From IMG/VR virus record IMGVR_UViG_2928819513_000009, positions 50,244 through 70,243 of that record: a DNA stretch of 20,000 nucleotides; one strand, given 5' to 3'. The notes beneath the pieces were generated by a model that saw only the letters and a program-made list of their open reading frames with translations, did no database searches and had not been told where the DNA came from. The position numbers and the translations under genes are program-made. Numbering within the stretch: the first letter of the stretch is position 1; each line of letters starts with the position of its first letter. The DNA is from an uncultured virus (IMG/VR IMGVR_UViG_2928819513_000009) (Duplodnaviria; Heunggongvirae; Uroviricota; Caudoviricetes). Positions 1 to 9,132 of this stretch are shown piece after piece.

Positions 1-3000
1 GCCTGGGTGGCGCAGGCCGGGGCGGTGGCCGAGTATCAGGCCCGCATCGCCGACGCCACCGAGACCAGCCGCGACTTCGCCAACGTCATCACCCAGGGCT
101 TCGAGGACGCCCTTGTGTCCGGCGGCAAGCTGGGCGACCTGCTGAAGGGGCTGGAAGCCGACATCAAGCGCATCGTCGTGCGCGGTGTCATCACCAAGCC
201 GCTGGAAACCTACCTGACCGGCAACCTGACCAAGCTGCTCGCCGGCACCCCGCCGGGCGACAGCCAGGTCAAGCCGGTCACGGCGTCGGACCCCGGCGGC
301 TACAAGGCCCTGTTCGACAAGCTGTCGGGCGGTGCCGGTGCGCTGGGCAGCCAGTCGAACCCCATGTGGATCCGCATGTCGGCCGGCGCTCCGGCGCTGG
401 ACGTCAGCCAGTTCAGCGGCGGCGCGGCCCTCCCGGTGGCCGTCCAGGATGGCGGCGCCATCGTCGACGCCATCCGCTCGGAGGCGCGGGCGCAGGGTGT
501 GCCGGAGGAAGTCGCGCTCGCCATCGGCCGGATCGAGAGCGGGCTCCAACAGTACCGTGCCGACGGCTCTGTTCTGCGCTCGTCCGCCGGCGCCATGGGC
601 GTCATGCAACTCATGCCCGGCACGGCGCAGTGGCTGGGCGTGGATGCCTCCGACACGCGCGACAACATCCGGGGCGGCGTCAAGTTCCTGGCGCAGCTCG
701 GTCGGCAGTTCGGCGGGGACTGGTCGCAGGTTGCGGGCGCCTACAACGCCGGCCCCGGTCGGATGACGCAATACCTCCAGCAGGGCCGCGCTCTGCCGGC
801 CGAAGCCGTCACCTACATCGAGAAATTCGGCTCGTCGGTCCAGACGGCCAACGCCGCCGTGGTGGGGCTGGCCGCCCCGGTCCAATCCATGGCGATGGCG
901 CAGACGGCGCAGGTCCGGGCGCAGCAGGCGGGCGCCACCGCGACGCAGGCGCTGTCCGAGGGGCAGCAGGATGCGGTGTCGGCGGCGCTCGCGGCGGTCC
1001 GTGGGATGGATGCGGTCCGGGGCACCGCCGAGGACGTGGACGCCCGTTGGAGCGCCGTGTCGGATTCGTCGACGACGGCGGTCCAGAAGATGGCGGACGC
1101 CCAGCGCCGCGCGGCCGATACCATGGCCGGCGGCGCGGCGGTGTTCGCCAGCGGCGCGCAGCAGGCCGGCGCCTACATGGTGTCCGGCTCGCAGCAGGCG
1201 ATGGGCGCGCTCATCTCCATCATCGGCGCGGCGTCGGGCATCCAGGGCGGCGGCATCCCCGGCCAAGTGGTGCAGGCCGGCGGTCCGCAAGGCATCGCCA
1301 GCAGCATCCAGCAGCTTGGCGGGGTCCTCCAGAAGGCGACCGGATCGGACCTGTTCGGCGGCGGCTCGCTCGGCGGCATCAAGGAGTGGCTCAACACCCC
1401 GCTGTATGGCGGGTCGGGCGCGGTCCTGAACACCGGGGCGGTGCAGCAGACCGCCGCCTCGCTGGGGTCGGGGGCGCGCGAGATGGCGAGCGCGTCGATG
1501 CCGCTCTCCGGCTCTCCGGGCGCGGGCGGCGTCACGGCCGGCGACGCGCTCGGCGCCGTCGGCTACGGCTTCAACGCCTTCCAGAACTTCAAATCCGGGA
1601 ACACCATCGGCGGCGTCGGCAATCTCGCCGCGACGGCGATGATGTTCATTCCGGGGGCTCAACCGTTCGCACCCCTGGTCGCGATCGGCTCCCAGCTTCT
1701 CGGCGGGCTGTTCGGCAAGGACCGCGGCACCCCGACGGCGGCGGCGACCGTCACCTACAGCGGCACCAATCAGGTCGCGAGCAGCTACAACCAGGACAAC
1801 GACGGCTCGCTGGAGCAGGCGCAGCAGCTCCTGTCCAGCATCGACGCGGCCACCAAGCAATTCATCACGGCGGCCAGCGGCGCGACCAACGGCGAGTTCG
1901 GCATCGGCGTGGAGGGGCGTGACGGACGCTTCAAGGCCCGGACGCTGACCGGCGAACTGCCCGGTGACTTCGGCAGCCTGGATGAGGCGGTCATCGCCGG
2001 CTTCAAGGCCAACGTCGGCAAGGGCCTGATTTCCGCGTCGGACGACGTGCTGAAGGCCATTGGCACCAGCACCAAGACCGACATCAACGAATGGCTGGGC
2101 GACGTCTCGTTCGCCAAGACCTTCCGGCCGCAGTTCGACTCGCTGATGGCGAACCTTGATCCGGTGTCCAACCAGATCAAGACGTTTACCGAGGCGTCGA
2201 AGCAGCTTGGCGAACAGGTCCAAGCCAACATCGTCGAGTGGCGGGACACCGCGTCCCGGCTCGGGCTCGCAACCGGGTCGGAACTGACCACGGCGGCGCG
2301 GCGCGGCATCGAGGCGATGATGGGCCTCGGTCCCGTCACCCAGCCGCTGGTCGGCATGGCGGCTGCGAGCAAGCAGGCGGAAATCCAGTTCGAGGCGTTC
2401 CGGCCCGCGCTCGCCTCCCTCGGCTACACCGCCGAAGAGGTCGCCGACATGGCGACCCGCTACACCGCCAAGCTGACGACCGCCTACAGCGACGCGGTGG
2501 GGCTCCTCCAGCGGCAGGCGGGCGTCCAGGTGTCCGGGCTGTCGGGCCGGGGTGCCAGCTTGTCGGCAGCGGATACCTTCCGGGCCGCCGGTGCGACGGT
2601 GGAGGCGGTGACAGCCCCAGCCTTCGCGGCGCTCACCGATGGTCTGGACGGGCTGACGGCTGCCGCGCGGCGCGGCGCGCTGACCTATGCCGACGTCGAG
2701 GCCGGCTGGCGCGCTCTCAATCAGGCCGTCTATGAAGGCGTGCTGACGGCCGACCAGTACACCACCGCCGTCGGCCTGCTGACGACGGCTTACCAGGACA
2801 GCCAGACGGTGCTGTCCACCCTGCGCCAGGGCTGGACCTCGGTCCAGGCGATCACCGAGCCCCACCGCCAGCCGACGGCGACGGACGTGCTCGATGGCGC
2901 GATGGTCCGTGGTGGTGGCGCTGGAGTGCTGGCCTTCGCGACCCAGCTCGACGGCCTGTTCACGGCGATCCAAGGCGGTACGGCATCCTTCGGGGATTTG

Positions 3001-4815
3001 GCCTACACCTATGAGCGCGCCGCCGATCTGTTCCGCGCCGGCACGATCACAGGCGAACAGTTCACCGGCATCGTCAGCAGCATGACGACGGCGTGGACCA
3101 AGGCGGCCGACGCCGCCAAGGCCCTGACCGCCTATCAGTCCGACCTCAACAGCCGGATGTACACCGGCGTCGGGGCGGCTCGGACGGCGGGCTTGTTGTC
3201 TCTCGACCAGCAGCAGGCGGTCGAGTTGGCGCAGGCGCGGGATGCCGGCTACGACACGACGCTGTTGCAGCAGGTCCTGGCATCCGAGCGGGGCCAGAAG
3301 GCGTTCGACCTCGCCAAGGCCGATGTCCTCGGCTACTACGACCAGCAGATCAGCGCGACGCAGGACCTGATCACCAGCCTCCAGGATGGCGCGGTCGCGG
3401 CGGCGGCGGTCGCCCGCCAGTTCCGGCAGGCGTACGACAGCCTGGCGCTCGACGACAGCAGCCCGCTGTCGGCCTACGAGAAGCTGATCGAGGCCCGCCG
3501 GCAGTTCGACGAGGCCTACAGCACCGCGACCAGCGACACCGCCAGCGACACCGAGAAGACGGAGGCGCAGCAGCAGCTCCAGCAACTCGGGCCGACGCTG
3601 GTCTCGCTGGCCCAAGCCTACTACGCCAACAGCAACCGCGACGATTACGACCGGATCCGGTCGCTGTTCGACCGGCTCGGCACCTTGCCGGGCGGCGCCA
3701 ACCCCGCCACCGCCGACAGGGATTTGCAGGTCGCGCAGGATACCTTGAAGGAGTTGCAGCGGCAGCGGGCCGACGCCGCCCGGCTGGGCGAGCGGCAGTA
3801 TGGGAAGCTGGACGACCTCAGCGCCACCATGAACCAGAGCTATGCCGTCTGGCAGGCGTCCCTGGTTGCGCTCCAGCGGCTGACGAACACCCCGTCGGCC
3901 GCGACGCTGCCCCAGATGCTGGCCGGCATGACCAGGGAGACCCTGCCGGATGTCGTCACCTGGGCGAAGGCGCAGGGCGCCGACACCCTGCAACAGGTCC
4001 TGGTCGCGGCCGACAAGCGGTTCGGCTGGGAGAACAACCCGTACCGTTACCGGGCGCCTGATGACGTCGCCACGATGGAGGGGACCGGCTTCACATCCGA
4101 GGACGCCTTGGGGTTCCTGCGGCAATTCGGCTACGCGGGCGGGTTCGACAGCAACGCGAACGCCTTCATCGCCGCGCACGGGATCGGCGACCAGTACACG
4201 GCGTTCCTGCGGGACTTCAAAGCCCGCAACTCGGTGGAGGGCAAGCGGACCCGACTGGCGGCGTTCACCGACGCCCAGATCGAGGCAGCCTTCGGCGGGA
4301 TGGCGGACATCCAGGCGGCGCGGTCGGTCGATCCGGGCTTTAACCTGCGCCGCTGGTTCGAGGCTTACGGCATCAACGAGGTGCTGTCGGGCGCCCGCTC
4401 CATCCCCGGCTTCGCAAAGGGCACCCTCTCCACGCCGCCGGGCGCGAAGTGGGTGGGCGAGCACGGCGCCGAGCTTGTGTGGGACGGCGGTGGCGCGGCG
4501 GTCGCCTCCAGCGCCGACTCGATGCGCATCGCCAGCCTGTGGGAGAGCGCGGCGAACGATCGGTGGTCGGGGCCGAACATCGCCAGCCTTCGGGCGCACC
4601 GCCCCGAACCCAGCGGCGACGCGGCGCTGGTCGCCATGCTGGAGCGCAAACTCGACACCGTGACCGCCGAGTTGAAGGCGTTGCGCGCGGAACGGTCGCG
4701 CGACGCCCGCGACCAAGTGGCCCTCACCGAAGCCGCGGCAACCGAAACCATCGCCGGCCAGGGGCGGATGCTTGCCGCCCTGCGCCTGCACCATGACGAG
4801 GAGAGAGCAGCGTGA
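1..4815 (+). CDS. Phage tail tape measure protein with internal lytic transglycosylase (SLT) domain; 5'-partial
   Basis: Frame is open from base 1 and encodes >1600 aa of Ala/Gly/Gln-rich helical sequence. SLT motifs IESG, GAMGVMQLMPGT and AYNAGPG lie at ~nt 520-760. C-terminal FAKG...VGEHGAELV motif is typical of tape measure proteins. Followed by tail genes. Confidence 0.9.
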   Translation, partial: AWVAQAGAVAEYQARIADATETSRDFANVITQGFEDALVSGGKLGDLLKGLEADIKRIVVRGVITKPLETYLTGNLTKLLAGTPPGDSQVKPVTASDPGGYKALFDKLSGGAGALGSQSNPMWIRMSAGAPALDVSQFSGGAALPVAVQDGGAIVDAIRSEARAQGVPEEVALAIGRIESGLQQYRADGSVLRSSAGAMGVMQLMPGTAQWLGVDASDTRDNIRGGVKFLAQLGRQFGGDWSQVAGAYNAGPGRMTQYLQQGRALPAEAVTYIEKFGSSVQTANAAVVGLAAPVQSMAMAQTAQVRAQQAGATATQALSEGQQDAVSAALAAVRGMDAVRGTAEDVDARWSAVSDSSTTAVQKMADAQRRAADTMAGGAAVFASGAQQAGAYMVSGSQQAMGALISIIGAASGIQGGGIPGQVVQAGGPQGIASSIQQLGGVLQKATGSDLFGGGSLGGIKEWLNTPLYGGSGAVLNTGAVQQTAASLGSGAREMASASMPLSGSPGAGGVTAGDALGAVGYGFNAFQNFKSGNTIGGVGNLAATAMMFIPGAQPFAPLVAIGSQLLGGLFGKDRGTPTAAATVTYSGTNQVASSYNQDNDGSLEQAQQLLSSIDAATKQFITAASGATNGEFGIGVEGRDGRFKARTLTGELPGDFGSLDEAVIAGFKANVGKGLISASDDVLKAIGTSTKTDINEWLGDVSFAKTFRPQFDSLMANLDPVSNQIKTFTEASKQLGEQVQANIVEWRDTASRLGLATGSELTTAARRGIEAMMGLGPVTQPLVGMAAASKQAEIQFEAFRPALASLGYTAEEVADMATRYTAKLTTAYSDAVGLLQRQAGVQVSGLSGRGASLSAADTFRAAGATVEAVTAPAFAALTDGLDGLTAAARRGALTYADVEAGWRALNQAVYEGVLTADQYTTAVGLLTTAYQDSQTVLSTLRQGWTSVQAITEPHRQPTATDVLDGAMVRGGGAGVLAFATQLDGLFTAIQGGTASFGDLAYTYERAADLFRAGTITGEQFTGIVSSMTTAWTKAADAAKALTAYQSDLNSRMYTGVGAARTAGLLSLDQQQAVELAQARDAGYDTTLLQQVLASERGQKAFDLAKADVLGYYDQQISATQDLITSLQDGAVAAAAVARQFRQAYDSLALDDSSPLSAYEKLIEARRQFDEAYSTATSDTASDTEKTEAQQQLQQLGPTLVSLAQAYYANSNRDDYDRIRSLFDRLGTLPGGANPATADRDLQVAQDTLKELQRQRADAARLGERQYGKLDDLSATMNQSYAVWQASLVALQRLTNTPSAATLPQMLAGMTRETLPDVVTWAKAQGADTLQQVLVAADKRFGWENNPYRYRAPDDVATMEGTGFTSEDALGFLRQFGYAGGFDSNANAFIAAHGIGDQYTAFLRDFKARNSVEGKRTRLAAFTDAQIEAAFGGMADIQAARSVDPGFNLRRWFEAYGINEVLSGARSIPGFAKGTLSTPPGAKWVGEHGAELVWDGGGAAVASSADSMRIASLWESAANDRWSGPNIASLRAHRPEPSGDAALVAMLERKLDTVTAELKALRAERSRDARDQVALTEAAATETIAGQGRMLAALRLHHDEERAA

Positions 4816-6629
4816 TCCATTTGATCGAAATCGGCTGCTACGTCGGCGCCGCATCCTCCAGCACCCACACGGTCGGCGCCGGGCTCAAGGGCTTCGTGCT
4901 GACCGCCGGCCCGCCGGCCACGGTGGGAATGACGCTGCGCGTGGAGGCGACGGACGGTTCCGGCGCCTGGATGGAGGGGCTGGTGGTCGCCGGCACCTCC
5001 GCTGGCTTTGCCCTGTCCGTCAAATCCACCGGCGGCGCGGGCGTCCACAGCGGCTGGAAGCTCGCCGCCGGCATCCTGCGCTATGCCAACGAGGACTATG
5101 ACCACCCCTCCGCCCCCGGCCCCTACGAGCCGGTGATCGCGCCCGACGGCTACGCCATGGGCTCGGTCAGCCTGCATGGGGACGGCCGATCGTTCGGGGC
5201 GGGCGATGTCGAGAAGGGCCGGATCAAGATCATCAACGCCGGGCTGCGCGACCACCTGCGCCGCTACGCCTACTTCGGTCGGCTGGCGCGGGAGCTGTTG
5301 GTCGCGGGGCCGGCGGCGGCCTACAGCACGGCGGTCGTGCTGCGCACCGGCACCGTGGAGCAGCCGGTGGTGGGGGCGCAGGATGTGCTGTTCCGCTGGC
5401 GCGGCGCGCTGTCCGATCTGGACAGCCGGTGGCAGGGCTCCACCTATCCCGGCGGCACCGGCGCCGCGATGAGCACCGACGGAGCCGAAGGGCTGCGGGA
5501 TTTGCCGCGCCCCCGGCTCCGGGGCTACCGGGCGCAGATCGAGCCGGTGTCGACCAACAACGTCGGGGACCTGCGCCAGATCAGCGACCGCCGCATCCAC
5601 GGCGTCGCCGACGGCCGCAACAAGGGCGTCCCGATCACGGTCGGCGTGAGGTGCTCGACGCTCCAGGCGCTGAAGGACTCGACCCCGACCACCGGGACGT
5701 TCAATTGGTATGCCGGCGAGAACGGCGACGGAGCGTGGTGCAAGACGACGTTCGGCAGCCAAGGCGGCGTTTTCACGCTGGCGGCTTGGGAGGGGGCGAC
5801 CGAGGCGGACCGCTTCCTGGCGCAGGTCTGGCGCCGCAGCCTCATCGAGGATTGCGGCTACACCGGCGCCGACCTCTCCGCCGCCGATGTGGCGGCGCTG
5901 GACCTCGCCTGTCCGTGGGAAGCCGGCGTTTGGGCCGGGACGCAGGAGCGGACCAAGCGGGCGGTGCTGGACGAGCTGTGCGGCGGCGTGGCCGGCTACC
6001 ATGACGACGACATGGGGGTGTGGCGGATCGTCTACGACGGCGCCGCCGCCGGTCCGCCGGTGCTGACCTTCCGACAGCTTCTGGGGGCCGACGAGGACGC
6101 GCCGGCCGGGCATGTCCCCTATGGCTCCCTCGAACTGGTCGCCAGCAACGACGACACGCGCGGGTTGCCCGTCTGCGCCGTCGACGTCGAGTTCGCGCCG
6201 CGCGACCGGCCGTTGGGCTCGGGCGATCTGGCCGGCGACCCCGCCTCGGACTTCGATCCGGTCGGCGGGGCGGATGCGCGGGTCCAGTTGTCGAGCGAGG
6301 TGCTGACCGCGACGTGGCCGTCGTCCGGCAAGGACCAGGGAATCATCGACCTGTGGGGCGAGCGGCGCCTGACGGTCCGGACGGCTCTGCGCAAACGCGA
6401 GCACGCCCTCGCGCTCGCGGTGCGGCTGTTCGCCGTCCACAGCGCGCTGCGCGACCGCTTCACCCTGGCGGCGGCCCTGACCGCCGAGACCATCCCCGCC
6501 CGGCCGGGCACCGACATCGCCGTACGATCCTCGCGCTACGGCCTGGAGGCGGGCAAGACGATGCGGGTCAACGGCCGGCGGCTGGAGGGGCTGACCATCA
6601 AACTCGACCTGCTGGAGGCCCCGCTGTGA
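4812..6629 (+). CDS. Phage tail tip / hub-like structural protein (605 aa)
   Basis: GTG start overlaps the tape measure stop (GTGA). Long ORF with GC3-rich codons, directly after the tape measure gene. Function inferred from position. Confidence 0.7.
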   Translation: MIHLIEIGCYVGAASSSTHTVGAGLKGFVLTAGPPATVGMTLRVEATDGSGAWMEGLVVAGTSAGFALSVKSTGGAGVHSGWKLAAGILRYANEDYDHPSAPGPYEPVIAPDGYAMGSVSLHGDGRSFGAGDVEKGRIKIINAGLRDHLRRYAYFGRLARELLVAGPAAAYSTAVVLRTGTVEQPVVGAQDVLFRWRGALSDLDSRWQGSTYPGGTGAAMSTDGAEGLRDLPRPRLRGYRAQIEPVSTNNVGDLRQISDRRIHGVADGRNKGVPITVGVRCSTLQALKDSTPTTGTFNWYAGENGDGAWCKTTFGSQGGVFTLAAWEGATEADRFLAQVWRRSLIEDCGYTGADLSAADVAALDLACPWEAGVWAGTQERTKRAVLDELCGGVAGYHDDDMGVWRIVYDGAAAGPPVLTFRQLLGADEDAPAGHVPYGSLELVASNDDTRGLPVCAVDVEFAPRDRPLGSGDLAGDPASDFDPVGGADARVQLSSEVLTATWPSSGKDQGIIDLWGERRLTVRTALRKREHALALAVRLFAVHSALRDRFTLAAALTAETIPARPGTDIAVRSSRYGLEAGKTMRVNGRRLEGLTIKLDLLEAPL

Positions 6630-7501
6630 GTCTGGATGCCATCATCGGTTTGGACCGCTGGACCGACCAGTTCGCTTTCGCGGCCGGCGGCGGGGGCTGG
6701 GACCCCGACCGGCCCGTCACGAACCTCGGCTCGATGCCGCTCTACCGGGTCGGCCGGACGGCCACCGGCAACGCGGACGACACCGTGTTCGTGGCGACCA
6801 GCACCAGCCCCTTGCCGGTCGGGCTGATGGCCTTCGTCGGGCACAACGCGGACGACGACGACACCTTCGAGATCGAGATGTTCGGCGACCCCGGCATGGC
6901 CCCGTCGACTCTCGTCCATCATGAGGATCCGGCCGACTTCTGGCCGGTGGTCTACGACCGCTCCGCCCTGCCGTTCGAACACGAGTCGTTCTGGACCGGA
7001 AAGTATTCGGCCCGGCAGCGGGCGCGCAAGCGCACCCCGATCCGTCCGGTCTACCTGCCGTCACCCGTTCTGGTGCAGGCCATCCGCGTCAGGGTGCGCA
7101 AGATCAACCCATCGGCCGGCCCCTTTCAATGCCGGCTGTTCGAGATCGCCATGGGTCATCAGGTCTCGATCAGCCCGGCGCTGGGGCTGAACTATGGGTT
7201 TGGCTTCCGGACCACGGCGGTGCAGGCCGAGTGCGGCCACAAGGAGTTCAACCGGCTGCCCAAACCGCAGATCTGGAGGGGACGCATCCCCTACCTGCCG
7301 GTCGACGAGGCCCGCCAGCGAATGCACGACGCGCTGGAGGATTACGACCTGGACGTGCCGTTCCTCTTCTTCCCCTTTCCCGACCGGACGGTCGACTGGC
7401 TGCGCATGGTGCAGCTCGTCCGCAACCTCGACCCCGGCCTGTTCGGCGTCGTCGGCCACCAGCACGACGAGGTGCCGTTTTCTTTCGAAGGAGTGCTTTG
7501 A
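6626..7501 (+). CDS. Phage tail protein, possibly distal-tail-like (291 aa)
   Basis: GTG at 6626 overlaps the upstream TGA, with SD GGAGG at 6614-6618. The ORF-track start at 6020 is an in-frame extension overlapping the previous gene. Lies between the hub-like gene and the tail fibre. Confidence 0.65.
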   Translation: MSLDAIIGLDRWTDQFAFAAGGGGWDPDRPVTNLGSMPLYRVGRTATGNADDTVFVATSTSPLPVGLMAFVGHNADDDDTFEIEMFGDPGMAPSTLVHHEDPADFWPVVYDRSALPFEHESFWTGKYSARQRARKRTPIRPVYLPSPVLVQAIRVRVRKINPSAGPFQCRLFEIAMGHQVSISPALGLNYGFGFRTTAVQAECGHKEFNRLPKPQIWRGRIPYLPVDEARQRMHDALEDYDLDVPFLFFPFPDRTVDWLRMVQLVRNLDPGLFGVVGHQHDEVPFSFEGVL

Positions 7502-8710
7502 ATGGTGATGCTGAAGGGCAAGGAATACACCGGCGCCGGGCTCGGGACGAACTTCGGCCACAAGAAGCCGACGGTCTCCGGAGCCGATGGGCAGACCCGC
7601 GACCAGTGGGAGAACATGTGGACTGATGGCCTCGCGGAAGTGGGGGACCGCGCAGCCGCTGCCGTGGAGGCTGGCGAATCCGCCGCCGCCAGCCAAGCCG
7701 CCGCCGCCGCATCGGCGACCGCCGCCGCCGGCAGCGCGGGCAACGCCGCGGCCGATGCCGCTGCCGCGCATACCGACCGGGTGCTGTCCGAGACGGCCCG
7801 CACGGCGGCGCAGGCCGCTGCTGCATCCGTCCTGCCCGGCCAGCCGGGCGGTGTGTGCGAGCTGGACGGCGACGGCAAGGTGCCGACCGCCCGCTTGCCG
7901 GCGGCAATTTTGGGCGCTCTCAACTATCAGGGCGGGTGGAACGCCGCAACCAACAGCCCGGCCATCCCGACCGCGGCCTCGGGCAACAAGGGCCGCTACT
8001 ACGTCGTCTCGGTCGCCGGGACCACAGCGATCAATGGCGAGGCGGATTGGCAGGTCGGCGACTGGATCGTTTCGTCTGGCTCAAGCTGGGGCAAGGTGGA
8101 CAACACCGACCGCGTCCGCTCCGTCGCCGGCCGGGCCGGGGACGTCACCTTGACGGTGGCCGATCTGCCCGATCTGGCCGAATTCATCCGCGACACGATC
8201 GCTGCCTTCTTGGTGGGTGGCGCCGGGGTGAGCGTCGTTCACGACGACCCCGGCAACACGCTGACCATCTCTGTCACCAGCCACGGACTGGTGGCGGCGC
8301 GGTACTGGCGGCTGTTTTCCAGCGGCGCGCCCTACACGGGAGCTGGCGACTACACGGCCCTCTACGAACTGGAGATGTTCGGTGCGGCCGACGCTACCGG
8401 AACCGATCTCACCACGGGCAAGACGGCGACCGCCAGCAGCGCCTACCCCGGGTTCCCTGCGTCGCGGGCCATCGACGACAACCCCTCCACGGAGTGGTCC
8501 ACCGCTGACGGACAAGCGTCCAACGCTTGGATTTACGTGGACTTCGGGACGGCAGTGACGGTGCGAGCCCTGTCGCTCACGCCGCAACCCAGCCGCATCA
8601 GCGGGACGGTGTTCGTGCAGTATTCGTCCGACGCTGCCGGCTGGGCGACCTTGGCGACCATCGCCCCGGTCAACGTGACCGGCAAGCAGGTGTTCACCTA
8701 CCTTCAATAG
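7502..8710 (+). CDS. Tail fibre / receptor-binding protein with C-terminal F5/8 type C (discoidin)-like domain
   Basis: SD GAAGGAG. N-terminal anchor, Ala-rich stalk, YQGGWNAATNSP module and VRSVAGRAGDVTL fibre motif. C-terminal ATASS..AIDDNPSTEWS..WIYVDFG..VQYSSD motifs match discoidin domains. Confidence 0.8.
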   Translation: MVMLKGKEYTGAGLGTNFGHKKPTVSGADGQTRDQWENMWTDGLAEVGDRAAAAVEAGESAAASQAAAAASATAAAGSAGNAAADAAAAHTDRVLSETARTAAQAAAASVLPGQPGGVCELDGDGKVPTARLPAAILGALNYQGGWNAATNSPAIPTAASGNKGRYYVVSVAGTTAINGEADWQVGDWIVSSGSSWGKVDNTDRVRSVAGRAGDVTLTVADLPDLAEFIRDTIAAFLVGGAGVSVVHDDPGNTLTISVTSHGLVAARYWRLFSSGAPYTGAGDYTALYELEMFGAADATGTDLTTGKTATASSAYPGFPASRAIDDNPSTEWSTADGQASNAWIYVDFGTAVTVRALSLTPQPSRISGTVFVQYSSDAAGWATLATIAPVNVTGKQVFTYLQ

Positions 8711-8741
8711 CCCCGCGACAACACTCCAACCTGACCGACCC

Positions 8742-8763
8742 GGCCGCCGTGAGCGGCCTTTTT
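8742..8763 (+). terminator. Rho-independent terminator after the tail fibre gene
   Basis: GGCCGC-CGTGA-GCGGCC followed by TTTTT. Confidence 0.75.
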
Positions 8764-8773
8764 CATGCCCACC

Positions 8774-8811
8774 AAAAGAAGCAGGCGACCGGCGGGGGAG
8801 CGCGGTCGCCC
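8774..8811 (-). terminator. Putative minus-strand intrinsic terminator
   Basis: Stem GGCGACCG (8784-8791)/CGGTCGCC (8803-8810), preceded on + by AAAAGAA, giving a U-rich tail on the - strand. Confidence 0.45.
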
Positions 8812-8912
8812 GAGTTCAGGGGAGATAACCTCAGAGGAGCCTACCTGCCCTCATCTTGGCCTGCCTGCTCCCCAGCGTCATGTCCGGCACAACCCGATCC
8901 GGAGCAATCCCT

Positions 8913-9077
8913 ATGACCGATGCAACCGACCCCGCCGAACTGGAGGTCGAGCGGGCGCTCGCCGACTGCGACGGGAACAAGGACGCCGCCCTCCTGCTGC
9001 TCGCCCACCTGCTCGTCAATGCCAAGCGCGGCCTGTCCGCCGGGCATCTGCGCCTCCCGCCGGCCGACCGCCGGTAA
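8913..9077 (+). CDS. Small hypothetical protein (54 aa, MTDATDPAELEVERALADCDG...)
   Basis: SD GGAG at 8901-8904 and ATG at 8913. GC3-rich codons. Helical protein upstream of the endolysin. Confidence 0.6.
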   Translation: MTDATDPAELEVERALADCDGNKDAALLLLAHLLVNAKRGLSAGHLRLPPADRR

Positions 9078-9079
9078 TC

Positions 9080-9102
9080 GCGTTACAGCCGGCCTGTAAC
9101 GC
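9080..9102. repeat. Perfect 9-bp inverted repeat upstream of the endolysin gene
   Basis: GCGTTACAG-CCGGC-CTGTAACGC. Confidence 0.7.
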
Positions 9103-9132
9103 AAAATTCCCACCACCACGGAGACCACCATC

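Noticed and set aside
6020..6625. N-terminal extension of the 493-aa ORF
   Set aside because: Overlaps the hub gene out of frame with low-complexity Arg-rich translation; an SD and coupled GTG start exist at 6626
7655..7825. GCC-rich tandem repeat
   Set aside because: Encodes the Ala-rich stalk of the tail fibre; not an independent repeat element
366..7923. Long alternative-frame ORFs (366-1922, 3093-4061, 4365-6440 minus, 7342-7923 minus and others)
   Set aside because: Arg/Pro/Gly-rich or antisense shadows of real high-GC genes, with no motifs or ribosome-binding sites
8500..8900. Diversity-generating retroelement target in the tail fibre 3' end
   Set aside because: No template repeat or reverse transcriptase is visible in the window
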